Source: the human T2T-CHM13v2.0 reference genome, Homo sapiens
Direction: 5' to 3' (one strand)
Assembly: GCF_009914755.1 (NCBI RefSeq)
Contig: NC_060947.1
Length of the DNA stretch: 64,000 bases
Notes under the pieces: generated by a model
The model's input: the letters and a program-made list of their open reading frames with translations, nothing else
What the model was told of the DNA's origin: nothing
Databases searched by the model: none
Program-made: the position numbers and the translations under genes
Shown here: positions 15,831-26,843 of the stretch, one piece after another
Numbering within the stretch: the stretch's first letter is position 1
Layout: each line of letters begins with the position of its first letter

Positions 15831-17528
15831 TTTTGACTGTGGAAAACAATGCAGTTTATTTTCCACTGGTCAGGAACAAGAAAAATATAGTCCTGATGAG
15901 TGCCATCAGCCATCCTATGACTTTAAAGACAGCCGTTCTTAAAATGATTCTGACTCTGTGGATGGCAGAATTCAAGGGAGAGATTTAAACAAGAGATATA
16001 CATTTTGTATTATCAGCATATAGATGGTATTTAGAGCTATAAGACTGATTGAGGGAGGGGAATGAATGTAGATAGAGAAGAATAGAGATGCAAGGATGGA
16101 ACCCCAACGTTTGTAAGTTACTCAGTGAGCCTTATGGGAATCAGCTGAAACTTATCTTAAAGGGCCAGAGTGAAAAAAGAGAATAAATTCAGTGACCCTA
16201 ACAAACAAGCAAATCCCAGGTTCTCTAGGAGTCAGAACCATATAAAACGAAGGGTTCATAAATGCCTAAAGATATATGCTCAGGCATGCTCAGGTGTTGG
16301 ATTTCTGTAATCCAGGGGAGGATGCTATTTCTGAGAAAGACTAGACTAAGTTTTCCTCCAGGGGAGGAGAATATCTGTCACCTAGGCTCAAAGGGATAAA
16401 TTGGGTAGGTCTGAGGATGGGGTTAAAGTCAAAATGGTCATGTCATTTTATAGGTTTAATTTTCAGTATTGCCTATACCTAAGGTTGGGGTGGAAGAATA
16501 AGTAGATACAAGAAAATTTTCCCTAGGGATTACCAGGAGTGCTGACTGAAAGTAAATTAAGGAAAAAATGAACTGCATTTTCTATCATATGTGTTTCCAA
16601 AATTAACTGCCCTATGGATATCTTATGTAAAATGGTAGCCAGAGGACAGAGGTGAATTAGAACAGTTGCACAGGGAAACATAGGGACCCTGATATATGTT
16701 TATTTTTAATTAGACACCACAAGGGTTAATTATATGGGGTCATTAGAAGAATAACTGCTCCAGATTCTCTCTCTGGTATGTGCAAAAGTGATGAGCCACA
16801 ATAGCAGATGTACTTTCCCAGCAACAAAAATACTAAACCCTACAGTTTAAGTAGAACACCACTAAACTGGAATTGGTCCAGAATATAAGGAAAGTGATAG
16901 GATGGGAAATCAAATAGGTGCAGGAGTTTTTAGCCTGAAGAAAGAAATGATTCCAGGGTAGCAGGACCATTGTCTACAAATATTCAAAAAGTTGCCATGT
17001 AAAAGATGAGAGACAATTGATTTGTGTATCTTTAGTGGCAAAAGGAACCAGTTGAAGTTGTGAAGCTGATTATTTAACATCAACATAAGGTACAGTTCTA
17101 GTTGTCCAACAATTGAATAGTCTGCCTCATTAAGTAATGGGCTCCCATTCAAACAACACTTAAGAAGATATAGAATGATTCTTACTTGGGATGCTGGTGA
17201 GCTTATTACAGCATTGAATAGCTGTTGGATGAGAGAAACTTTAAGATCTAATTTCAGACTCTTTTACTTTATGAAAAAATACTCTTTCATTTTATTGAAT
17301 TCAACCCCACATGTCATCAATGGAATTTGTATTCCCTTGAAGATTTATGTCATCGCAGTTTTCTTTTCCTTTCTTTCAAATAATTAACAAAACCATTGAA
17401 AGACACAATATGGCCTTTCAGACATTTAGCAATCTATGAAGGAAAACAATTTGGACACAATTGCACATGATAAGTATGCAAAGTGTTTAGTGAATTAATC
17501 TGCTATGACTTTCTTTAAAAATACCATT

Positions 17529-17825
<297 letters not shown>

Positions 17826-17929
17826 TCAGCCCCACATTCATTATCTTATTCACAAGAATAGTATCCAAATACATTTAATATACCAAACTAGAAGCCTATC
17901 AAGAAATGGAAATAATAACAATAAAAACA

Positions 17930-18170
17930 GCTAAGACAGTAATAATTTACCATGTACCAGGTAATCTTTTAAACCTTTTGCATATATGACTTTACCACAC
18001 CCCCTGAAGTAAATAATATTGTTAGCTTCATCTTAAAAATGAGGAAACAGAAGGATAAAGAATGTATGCATCTTGCTCAAGCACAGACAGCGACTAAATT
18101 GTAGAGCCAGGATTCAAACCCAGGAAGTCCTGCTCCCTAGCCGGTGTTACTAATAACTTCACTCTATAGT
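17930..18170 (-). mobile_element. MIR SINE
   Basis: ATGAGGAAACAGAAG...CTTGCTCAAG...GAGCCAGGATTCAAACCCAGG. Confidence 0.8.
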
Positions 18171-18469
18171 TTGGCATAACTTGGTTCAAGATGGTTACAT
18201 GTAATTACTCCCACTCTTCTAAATTAGAAAAAAAAGATGATTTTTACAAGTAACATGTAAATATCTTTTCATTATAAAATTAAAACATTACTTATAAAGC
18301 TAAAAAGTTATCTTGATTAGCCTCCAAACCCAGTATCCTACCCAAATATAGCCAATGTTATCTGATTGTTCTATATTATTTGAAGTATTTTTAAATTTTT
18401 ATACATATATACAAATATATGCATACACATGTGCACATATACAGGTTTTTTAAAGGTATAAAATAGAAA

Positions 18470-18840
18470 TAAAAGTATTCCTCTGCAACTTGCTTTCCTT
18501 ATTCAACAATATATCTTGAAGACCTTTTAGTTATAGTACATAGAGCTATCCCACATTCTTTTTAACTGTTGCATAATATTCATAGTATGGAAATATTTTT
18601 AATTTAGCCATTCCCATGTTGATGGACATTTAGGTTGCTTCAATTATTTTGCTGTTATAAACAAGGCTGTGGGAGAGTCCTTGTGTATGTCTGTTTTTGC
18701 CCATGTGCAAATATTACCTTAAGGTAGACACAGAGAAGTGGAATTGCTTGGCCACTTGGGGATGTGCATTTTAATTTTAAGGCATATTGCTAAGTTGTCA
18801 TCCAAAATAGCTGAACAAACTTACACTCCTTTTAGGAGTG
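18470..18840 (-). mobile_element. L1ME-like fragment
   Basis: GTTGATGGACATTTAGGTTGCTTC...AGAAGTGGAATTGCT...TTACACTCC. Confidence 0.7.
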
Positions 18841-19259
18841 GGCGAAACTGCAGAAAACAGAATAGCATCTACCTAATCTAGGAAGTGTTGAAGAAATAGA
18901 TTAAAGATGACATATTAAAGACATATTAAAGATAAGATCACATAGAGAGTGTGTAAACTATGGAATCTGGTGACATCCAAAAACATATCTCCAATCTGAC
19001 CTCTCAGCTGAATACCTGACTTATGTGTCCAACCATCTGCTTGGTATCTATTCTTCTATGTCTAGTAGGCATTTCAAATCTAATGTATCAAAAACAGAAC
19101 TTGTAATCTGCCACACTCCCCTTGGCCTGATAAAAACCTGTTTCTTTCTCTGGCTTTCCTATATCACTAACTGGTATCACCATGCACCTAATTGCTCCAG
19201 CCAAAAACCTAGGTTTTTAGCCAATAGTGCTCCCTCTACAGCCACCACCTACCACCCCA

Positions 19260-20170
19260 CATTTTGAAATAAGACCAAGATGTATCATTTCATCCATAAA
19301 TATTTCAGCAAGTACCTCTAAAAGATAGGGACTAATTTTTAAACATAATCACAATATCACATCTAAAGATAACTATTCCTTAATCATATCTAAAGATACT
19401 GTATCTAAGGGTAAGTATTCCTTAATATCATATAATATCCATTTACTATCAGAATTTCTCTGGTTGTCTCCTACATTTTTTACAGTTTGTTTGCTTGAAT
19501 CAGGATCCAAAGAAGGTGGATATATTGGAGTCGATTATTATATCTCTTTAATCTTTTAATTATAGGTTTCACTTCTCTTCTCCTTCCTTTTAATGTCTTT
19601 GTGGAAGAACCAGTTGTTTGTCCTGTAAAATTTCCCACACTCTGGATTTTGCTAATTGCTCCTTCCCCAAGGTGTCTTCCTTAACTCAGTAACTGATATC
19701 ACCACTCACCAGTTCCTCTGACCCTGTATTTCCTATAGGTTGGTGTAGAGGTTTATCAGATACAAATGCAAATTTTAGCAAGAATAAATCATACGTGGTG
19801 TCCTTTATACTTCCTACTGCATCACGTCAGGAGGCACATATGTCTGGTTGTCTCTCTTTTTTTGTTAGGTTAACACTAATTAGTTTGTTCATGTATTGTC
19901 ACCCTGATCTATCTATTATAAACTTCCCAATTAACTTTTCACCTAATAATTTTAGCAGTTTTTGATGATCTTTGCCTATAGCTGTCATTTCATTATAGTT
20001 TGCAAAGTGGTACTATCCTGTCATCCTTCCTGCATTTATAAACTGGGATTCCTCTATAAAGAAGAACTTTTCCATATCAACTATTTGGTTACCCTGAAGT
20101 ACTTTCGTCAAGAAAGGCAGAATAAATGTTTGATTCTTTTTTATTTACCCATTATAATGGATGGTTATTT
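19260..20170 (-). mobile_element. L1MC-like 3' region
   Basis: CATAAATATTTCAGCAAGTACCTCTAAAAGATAGGGAC; AATCAGGATCCAAA. Confidence 0.6.
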
Positions 20171-20174
20171 CTGA

Positions 20175-20470
20175 AATAATGGGATGTAACAAATAACCCC
20201 CCAAATCTCAGTGACTTACAAGTATTTATTTCTTGTTCTTAGTCATTTGTGGTTTCTGTGGGCTCTACTGGGCTTGGCTAGGCTTGGCTCCAGAATAAGG
20301 GTTGAATTCAAGTCTGCCCCGTGCATCTTATTACTGTGTGATCGCATCGAAGGCTACCCAGGGCATATTCTTTTCATGGAAGATAACAGAAGTACAAGAA
20401 CAAACAAGTACATCGAAAGCCTCTGCTTGCACCACGTCCACTCACATTCCAATATACAACATAAGTTATA
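20175..20470. mobile_element. MLT1-like MaLR LTR remnant
   Basis: GTAACAAATAACCCCCAAATCTCAGTGACTTACAAG...TTTATTTCTTG. Confidence 0.55.
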
Positions 20471-20536
20471 CAGCCAAGCCAAATATACTAGAATGTTGTA
20501 TTGTCTACCTTTATACTAGAGTGTTGAGCTCAAAAC

Positions 20537-21074
20537 TGTTGGGGTGATCGGACCCAGCACCAGGTTGTGGGGGTGATGAAGTCCAGTGGAGTCAAAGGAA
20601 TGAGAAAAGACAGTTTGAGAAAGTGGGTCCAGGCGGCCATTGCTAAGTATGGAGGCTGCAAAGTCCCCGAGCTCTGGAAGTCCAGACGATTTATTAGTGA
20701 TCAGACAAAGAAACAGGTGGTGAAAATGTGGGGGTCGAAAGGATATGTTGCATTAAGCACATGATTTACAGCTGTGATGGTTTAGCATTGATATGGCCAA
20801 TTCTAAGACACAATCAATCTAGGAGCCTGAGAGGGCTAGAAGCAAGGAGCCAGCAAGTCTAGACACATTCCAGAGGCCATGAGGGGTTTTATGCCCTGGG
20901 CTTAGATTATGGTGCATCAGGGTAGCCTTCCACCCTTTAGCACAGAGCTTGGTGTTCCAAAGGCCACGAGAGGTTTTAGACCCTGGACCTTGGACATGTT
21001 CCAAGACTCTTTTACATTATTTCAGACATGCAAGCCCTGCCTCTGTTTCTCCCAACACTCAGCTTCTCCCAACA
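20537..21074 (-). mobile_element. 3' LTR (LTR14B-like), 538 bp
   Basis: Direct repeat of 23219-23821; preceded on the minus strand by a PPT. Confidence 0.9.
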
Positions 21075-21093
21075 TGCCCCCCTTTTCTTTTTT
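21075..21093 (-). promoter_or_regulatory. Polypurine tract
   Basis: Minus strand AAAAAAGAAAAGGGGGGCA immediately before the 3' LTR. Confidence 0.88.
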
Positions 21094-21099
21094 GTAAAA

Positions 21100-21668
21100 C
21101 CGCCACAGCTATCATTGCTTGTTCTTGATGGCAGCTTTCTCTTCGGAGGTGGCTTCCTCTTCAGAGGCGGCTTCCTCTTCAGAGGCAGCTTCCACATCTG
21201 CAGACTAAAAGGAGACAGCACAAGCATACAACCACCAGAACAAAATCCACAAACGTAGAGCCTCCAATGGCCTTCAACTGTAAATCTTTTGGAATGGGAT
21301 AAGAGTTTTTAAGGATCTCAGTTGCAATATAAATAGAGGGCGATGTCTCCCATGGTCTATTTAGAGACACAGGGATCCAAACTCCTTCCCTGGCTTTAAT
21401 TATCAAGATAATTTGATTTTTATCAAAGGTTGAATTAATGCAGGTAAACAAGCGACATTCGGGGCATGTAATAAAATGTGTATTTATATCAAGAGTAACA
21501 TTTCCTATTGCTAGCGCAACTTTGAATCCAAAAGGTCCTGTCGGAGAGAAAAGAAAGAGCATCTTTATCCTTCCTTGCCTCCTCCTCTCTATTCCTTTTA
21601 TATTTGCCCTCTCAGATTTTGATTGGACTTTGAGCCATAGCTAATTTCCATAATTCAGAATGTTCCTG
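21100..21668 (-). pseudogene. env: Internally deleted betaretroviral env remnant (SU C-terminal part joined to TM)
   Basis: EHSELWKLAMAQSPIKI; ITCPECRLFTCINSTF...AREGVWIPVSLNRPWETSPS matches HERV-K Env; followed by the TM segment IGGSTFVDFVLVVVCLCCLLLVCRC. Confidence 0.85.
21130..21192. repeat. 18-bp tandem repeat (~3.5 copies)
   Basis: GGCGGCTTCCTCTTCAGA-like units. Confidence 0.85.
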
Positions 21669-21689
21669 TCTGTCCCTGCAAATCTCTGC

Positions 21690-21935
21690 TAGTCTTCACT
21701 ACTCACTACTCTCTACTTCTGTACCTCTTTAAGGCACTGACCAGAACCTCTTTAGGGCACTGACCTTATACTACTAGTCTTTACTATTGTACCTCTTTAG
21801 GGCACTGACTTTATATTGCTAGTCTTCACCTATCTCTATCTGTCCCTGCCTGTCTCTATGGTACCTGTTAGTTCCTGCAAGTTCCCGTCTTTCCCTACTT
21901 AGCTGTACTTACTTAGCTCTACTTACTTAGCTCTA
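21690..21935. repeat. Imperfect tandem repeats at the TRPC6/env junction
   Basis: ACCTCTTTAGGGCACTGAC x3, GCTAGTCTTCAC x2-3, TACTTACTTAGCTC x2. Confidence 0.8.
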
Positions 21936-22822
21936 CCTCTTCCTGGAAACCTTTTTTATGACCCTGGGTAGAGCTCAGAAATCCACCCTTTAAGCTTCAG
22001 CAGGAGACAAAACAGGGACCCTGGACCCGGCACCAGATTGAAGGGAACAGGAAGTGCTCTCCCCTCCCCAAAGCAGGAAAACCAGAGTTTGGCCCTTGCA
22101 AATTTCCACTCCACATCAGCGTCATCCTCAATTTCCTGGAGTGAACTGTTTATCATTGCAATTAACATATTTAGCAAAACAATGACCATTGTAACATCAT
22201 AGACTCCATAAAGAACATAACCAATGTTTTCAATGAATTTGTGGCTATAGTTGATGACCACTGATTTCACTGCAGAAAGTACAAATGTAGCCCAGAACAG
22301 TGTCTTAAAACTCTCTTCAACTGTTGTGAAGGCTTCATTTTGTTTTACATCAATGTAGTAGGAGTAGAGGTTGAACATTCCAATCATAAAGGCCACAAAC
22401 ACCATAATGAATATGAGCATGAACCTGAAGATGTCTTTGACTGCTCCTCCAAGCGACATCTGCAGAGGTCCAAAGCTTTCATTTGCTGGCAAAATACAAG
22501 CTATCCCAGAGAAACTCAAAACCACAGCAACTGCACAAAGACCTTCAGACACCATACGAGGATCCGAGGGGTCCCACTCCCTCCTGGCCAAACTGTAGTA
22601 TTTCACATTATCTCCCAATGTTACTTTTGTCAAGTCCTTCAAAGTATCACTTGCATCAGTGATGCTCTGGGCTTTGGAAGCATGCCAGAATGCCCTGAAT
22701 CTTGCAATGAATGATGCTGATAAAATTGCTAACATACCAAAATCAAGCATGTTCCACAACTCAAACAAATATTCCTTGGGGCCTTGAGTCCAAATTTCTT
22801 TACATTCAGCCCATATCATGCC
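21930..22822 (-). pseudogene. TRPC6: Intronless TRPC6 fragment (transmembrane region, pore, S6, TRP box) captured inside the ERV; open frame 21956-22870
   Basis: [72 protein letters not shown] box [10 protein letters not shown]; continuous with no introns. Confidence 0.95.
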
Positions 22823-23000
22823 TCTGTGCTCATTAAATCTGTTTTTCTCTAGCAGAGGCAGGTTAACCATGAAACTGAAGCTTCAAGATGACTTTACTTG
22901 CCCAGGCTCCTTCTAAGTCCTCACTTTGTCTTCTGTTTCTCTAAATGGGGCCCTCTGAATAAACAAGCCTCAGATTCCCCTGGTCTTACCCCATGCCTCA

Positions 23001-23066
23001 CCCTCTTCGTAATAAGTGCCTTAAGAAATTCAAGTAAGCAGAATGTTTGCTTTCACTTTGTCCCAT
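23001..23066 (-). pseudogene. gag: 5' stub of HERV-K gag (matrix N-terminus)
   Basis: Minus strand ATGGGACAAAGTGAAAGCAAACAT... = MGQSESKHSAYLNFLRHLLRRG (myristoylation-type MG start). Confidence 0.8.
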
Positions 23067-23195
23067 CATTGTTAACCTGGTTCTTCCGAGTGCTAAGCTT
23101 TCCCACCGAGCTTCTTTCAGTTATCCTCGGGTGTCCTTTGACAATGCATCCTCCGCTTTCACACGCTCTAGTGTTCCTTCACCGGGATCTTTGTT

Positions 23196-23214
23196 GCCTC
23201 ACGTTGGGCAGCCA
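23196..23214 (-). promoter_or_regulatory. Primer-binding site, tRNA-Lys
   Basis: TGGCTGCCCAACGTGAGGC versus canonical TGGCGCCCAACGTGGGGC, just downstream of the 5' LTR. Confidence 0.88.
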
Positions 23215-23218
23215 GGAA

Positions 23219-23821
23219 TGTTGGGGTGATCGGACCCAACACCAGGTCATGGGAGCGATGAAGTCTGGTGGAGTCAAAGGAATGAGAAAAGACAGTTTGA
23301 GAGAGAAAGTGAGTTCAGGGGGCCATCGCTAAGTATGGAGGCTGTGAAGGCCCCGAGCTCTGGAAGCCCAGACTATTTATTGGTGATCAAAGAAACAGGT
23401 GGTGAGAATGTGGGGTTGAAAGGGCGCATTGCATTAAGCACAAGATTTACAGCTGTGATGGTTTAGCATATGCTCTGCTACTTGAGATAATGGAGAGCAG
23501 GTTCTTTTAACTGAAGATACAATCAATCCTGGGAGAGCAAGGAGCAAGGAGCCAGCAAGTCTAGGCACATTCCAGAGGCCCCTGGGGGGTTTTGTGCCCT
23601 GAGCCCTGGATTCTATCCAAGCCACGAGGGGTTTTATGCCCTGGGCTGAGATTATGGTGCATCAGGGTAGCCTTCCACCCTTTAGCACAGAGCTTGGTGT
23701 TCCAAAGGCCACGAGGGGTTTTAGACCCTGGACCCCGGACATGTTCCAAGACTCTGTTACATTATGTCAGACATGCAAGCCCTGCCTCAGCTTCTCTCCC
23801 AACACTCAGCTTTTCCCAACA
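23219..23821 (-). mobile_element. 5' LTR (LTR14B-like), 603 bp
   Basis: Minus strand starts TGTTGGGAAAAGCTGAGTGTTGGGAGAGAAGCTGAGGCAGGGCTTGCATG; AATAAA near 23376-23381. Confidence 0.9.
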
Positions 23822-23944
23822 AAAACTACATTTACTGAAATCCCTTTATTTGTATGGTTTCATATTAGAAGAAACTGTGTGATTAGGAGGTAAAAGTAAA
23901 ACAATGGCTATAATTCTTGGAGGGTCTTCATGGTCAGATACTGC

Positions 23945-24500
23945 TGATTATCCATTGTTATGTAGCAAATTGTCCCAAGATTTAGTGGCTTAAAAACTTA
24001 TTATTATCTCTAATGGTTCTGTGAGTTGACTAGGTTCAGCTGAGTGGGTCTTACAGTTTGTCAGATGGTGTCTGGGGGCTGGATTTCTCTAAATAGTCAG
24101 CTGGACTGGGCCTCCAAGATGGTTCATGCACATGGTTGGATGTTGGCTGGGAATTCAGCTGGTGCTATAGACTAGAGCACTTACATGTGGCCTCATCATG
24201 TGGCTAGGGCTTCTACAGCGTGGAAGCTGGATTCTTTGAGGAAGCATTCCAATAGTGAGTGTTCTAAGTGGCAGGAATCCATTTTCATGCCAGGTAAGTG
24301 CTGTGCCCAGAACTGGTATTGTACCATTTACACCATCATCTGCTAGTCAAAGTATTCACAGTTAGTTCCAGGCCCAATGGGATGGAGAAATACACTCTAC
24401 CTCTTGTTGGGGGAGTGGCAAGTCATATTGCAGAAGAGCATGTAAGATGGAATATATTATTGCATCCATCTTTGAAAAATACAAATATACCACAAATATG
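23945..24500. mobile_element. MLT1-like MaLR LTR
   Basis: CCCAAGATTTAGTGGCTTAAAA...CCTCCAAGATGG...TACATGTGGCCTC...GGCAAGTCATATTGCAGAAGAGCATGT. Confidence 0.7.
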
Positions 24501-24711
24501 GTGATGAACAGATGCAAAGGTCCCTGACAGATTCCAATTTGTCATCACTTCCTCTGCTCAGCATTTAGCTCATCTTTCCAACTGCTGACCCTGCTGACCA
24601 AAAGCAGCTCTAGATTCACAATCAAAAGCTAGGTCCCAAAGAGGTGATACCATACACAGAGACAAAAGCTTCCCATAGGCCTCTAAATGAGCTTCCACTT
24701 CATGGTCCTAC

Positions 24712-25018
24712 TTTTTCTCAGCATTTTGATGTATAATTGACAAATTCAAATTGCATATATTCAAGGTGTACAATGTGATGAGTTGATATAGGTATACATT
24801 GCGTAGTGATTACTACAATCAAATTCATTAATACATCCATCACCACACAGAGTTACCATATGTAACATATGTGCATGTGTGTGTGTGCAGTTAGGGCACT
24901 CAAAAATCTGCTCTTTTACTGACTTTCAACTAAACAATAAAGTATTATTAACTATAGTCACCATGCTGTACATTAGCTCTCCAAAACTTATTAATCTTAC
25001 AACCAAAAGTTTCTACCA
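24712..25018 (-). mobile_element. L1MA/MB 3'-end fragment
   Basis: GTATAATTGACAAAT...AAGGTGTACAATGTGATG...TTATTAACTATAGTCACCATGCTGTACATTAG. Confidence 0.8.
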
Positions 25019-25031
25019 TAGTCCTACTTTA

Positions 25032-25465
<434 letters not shown>

Positions 25466-25489
25466 TTATTACAGAATAATAGAAAACTA

Positions 25490-26000
25490 ACACAATATCT
25501 GTAAAATATTCAGTCTTCCGATACATGACCATGGTATATCTTTCATTTATTTACATCTTCTTTTATTTCTCTCAACAAAGTATTGTACTTTTACACATAT
25601 TTAATTTATCCATCCATGTTTAATGATTTTGTATGCTTCTGTAAATGGTATTCTAAAATTTTAATTCCCAATTGTTCATTGCTTAGTACACAGAAATACA
25701 ATTAATATTTTATCTTGTGACCTTATTCGCTCAAATAGCTTTTTATGTAGATTCCTCAAGACCTTATACATAGATGATTATGTCATTCGTGAATAAGAAC
25801 AATTTTATTTCTACTTTTGCAATCAGTATGCCCATTATTTCTTTATTTCCCCCACCACACTGGCTAGGATTTCCAGTACTATGTTGAACAGAAATTGTAG
25901 GAATAGGCAGCCCACCTTGTTCACGATCTTAGGGAAAAATCATTCACTTTTTCACCCTTAGATATGATGTACACTGCAAGATTTTTGTACATACTTTTTG
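25490..26000 (-). mobile_element. Old L1M ORF2 fragment
   Basis: TGGCTAGGATTTCCAGTACTATGTTGAA...GATCTTAGGGAAAA. Confidence 0.75.
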
Positions 26001-26843
26001 TAAGGCTGAGTTGCAGGAAGGCTTTTATTTTTTTCTCCTTTGGCTTCTTCACCCAGAGTTGGTGCTGTCTCTTCCCCATATACCTCTGGAGACCAGCAAG
26101 GGCCCAGACCCAGGGACCCTTTTTGTGCCCACACATGCTGCTGCAGCTTTACCCTGCAGTCCTCAATGTTTTGGGCCACATCTGCAAGATCAAGTAAGAT
26201 GGTGACTTGGAAACACTGCATTTTGGGGATACCGAGCAAGAAGTTGAAAGGATGCTCAGGGCCCATCATGAATTGCTTATATCCAACAGAGCTATAAAAA
26301 TTTTTAGTCCCTCCTCTTCCCAAAATTTCCCAGCATATTTCATTTTTTTCTTAAAATACTTAAGATCAGAGTAGAGGGGAAGAGAATAATCAGGAAGTGC
26401 AATGAGAACTAAGTTCTGCACCAAAGCTTTATATTTACTTTGGGTTTCCAGTGAACAACTGCTCAAGCCTAACAAATTAACTTCTAATGTTTTGCTCTGC
26501 TCAAAGCTCTATATCCTCACTGCTGATGGTATTTTAGTATTGTCGGTTCTTTGATTCAGCATTCACACCATACCTTGCCTTTTGGCTGGAACCCCAGGGC
26601 TTGCCACCCCATTGCCATCATGACATGCCTTCATCCTCCCACCCAGAAGTAAATGAACAATAATCAAAGCACCATTGGGATTTTTTTTTTTCAATTCTTA
26701 GCCTCATTAACAGCTAGAGAAGTGGAGGACCCTTATTCCCACCCTGGTCTGTCCATCACTGGGTAGAAACCGTTCACTATTAGATTCCGAGCAGTCTTCT
26801 CATATCGACTAACACAGCCTGCACCTATACTCATTTTCAAAAC

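Larger units (their letters stand above)
20537..23821 (-). mobile_element. Non-autonomous HERV-K (HERV-K14/HML-1-like, LTR14B-type) provirus carrying a TRPC6 mRNA fragment
   Basis: Two related LTRs with TG...CA ends, TSD AAAAC (20532-20536 and 23822-23826), Lys PBS, PPT, gag start and env remnant. Confidence 0.9.

Noticed and set aside
16110-17520. Possible unique exon-containing region
   Set aside because: Only short ORFs without recognisable homology; part looks like decayed old repeats, and I cannot support an exon call.
21690-21935. Spaced direct repeats resembling a CRISPR-like array
   Set aside because: Irregular period, degenerate units, eukaryotic ERV context; these are ordinary slippage duplications.
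21930-22822. Exon of the real TRPC6 gene, or APOBEC3 hypermutation of the cargo
   Set aside because: The segment is intronless, partial and inside LTRs; the bias is A>G on the sense strand, the opposite of the APOBEC3 G>A pattern.
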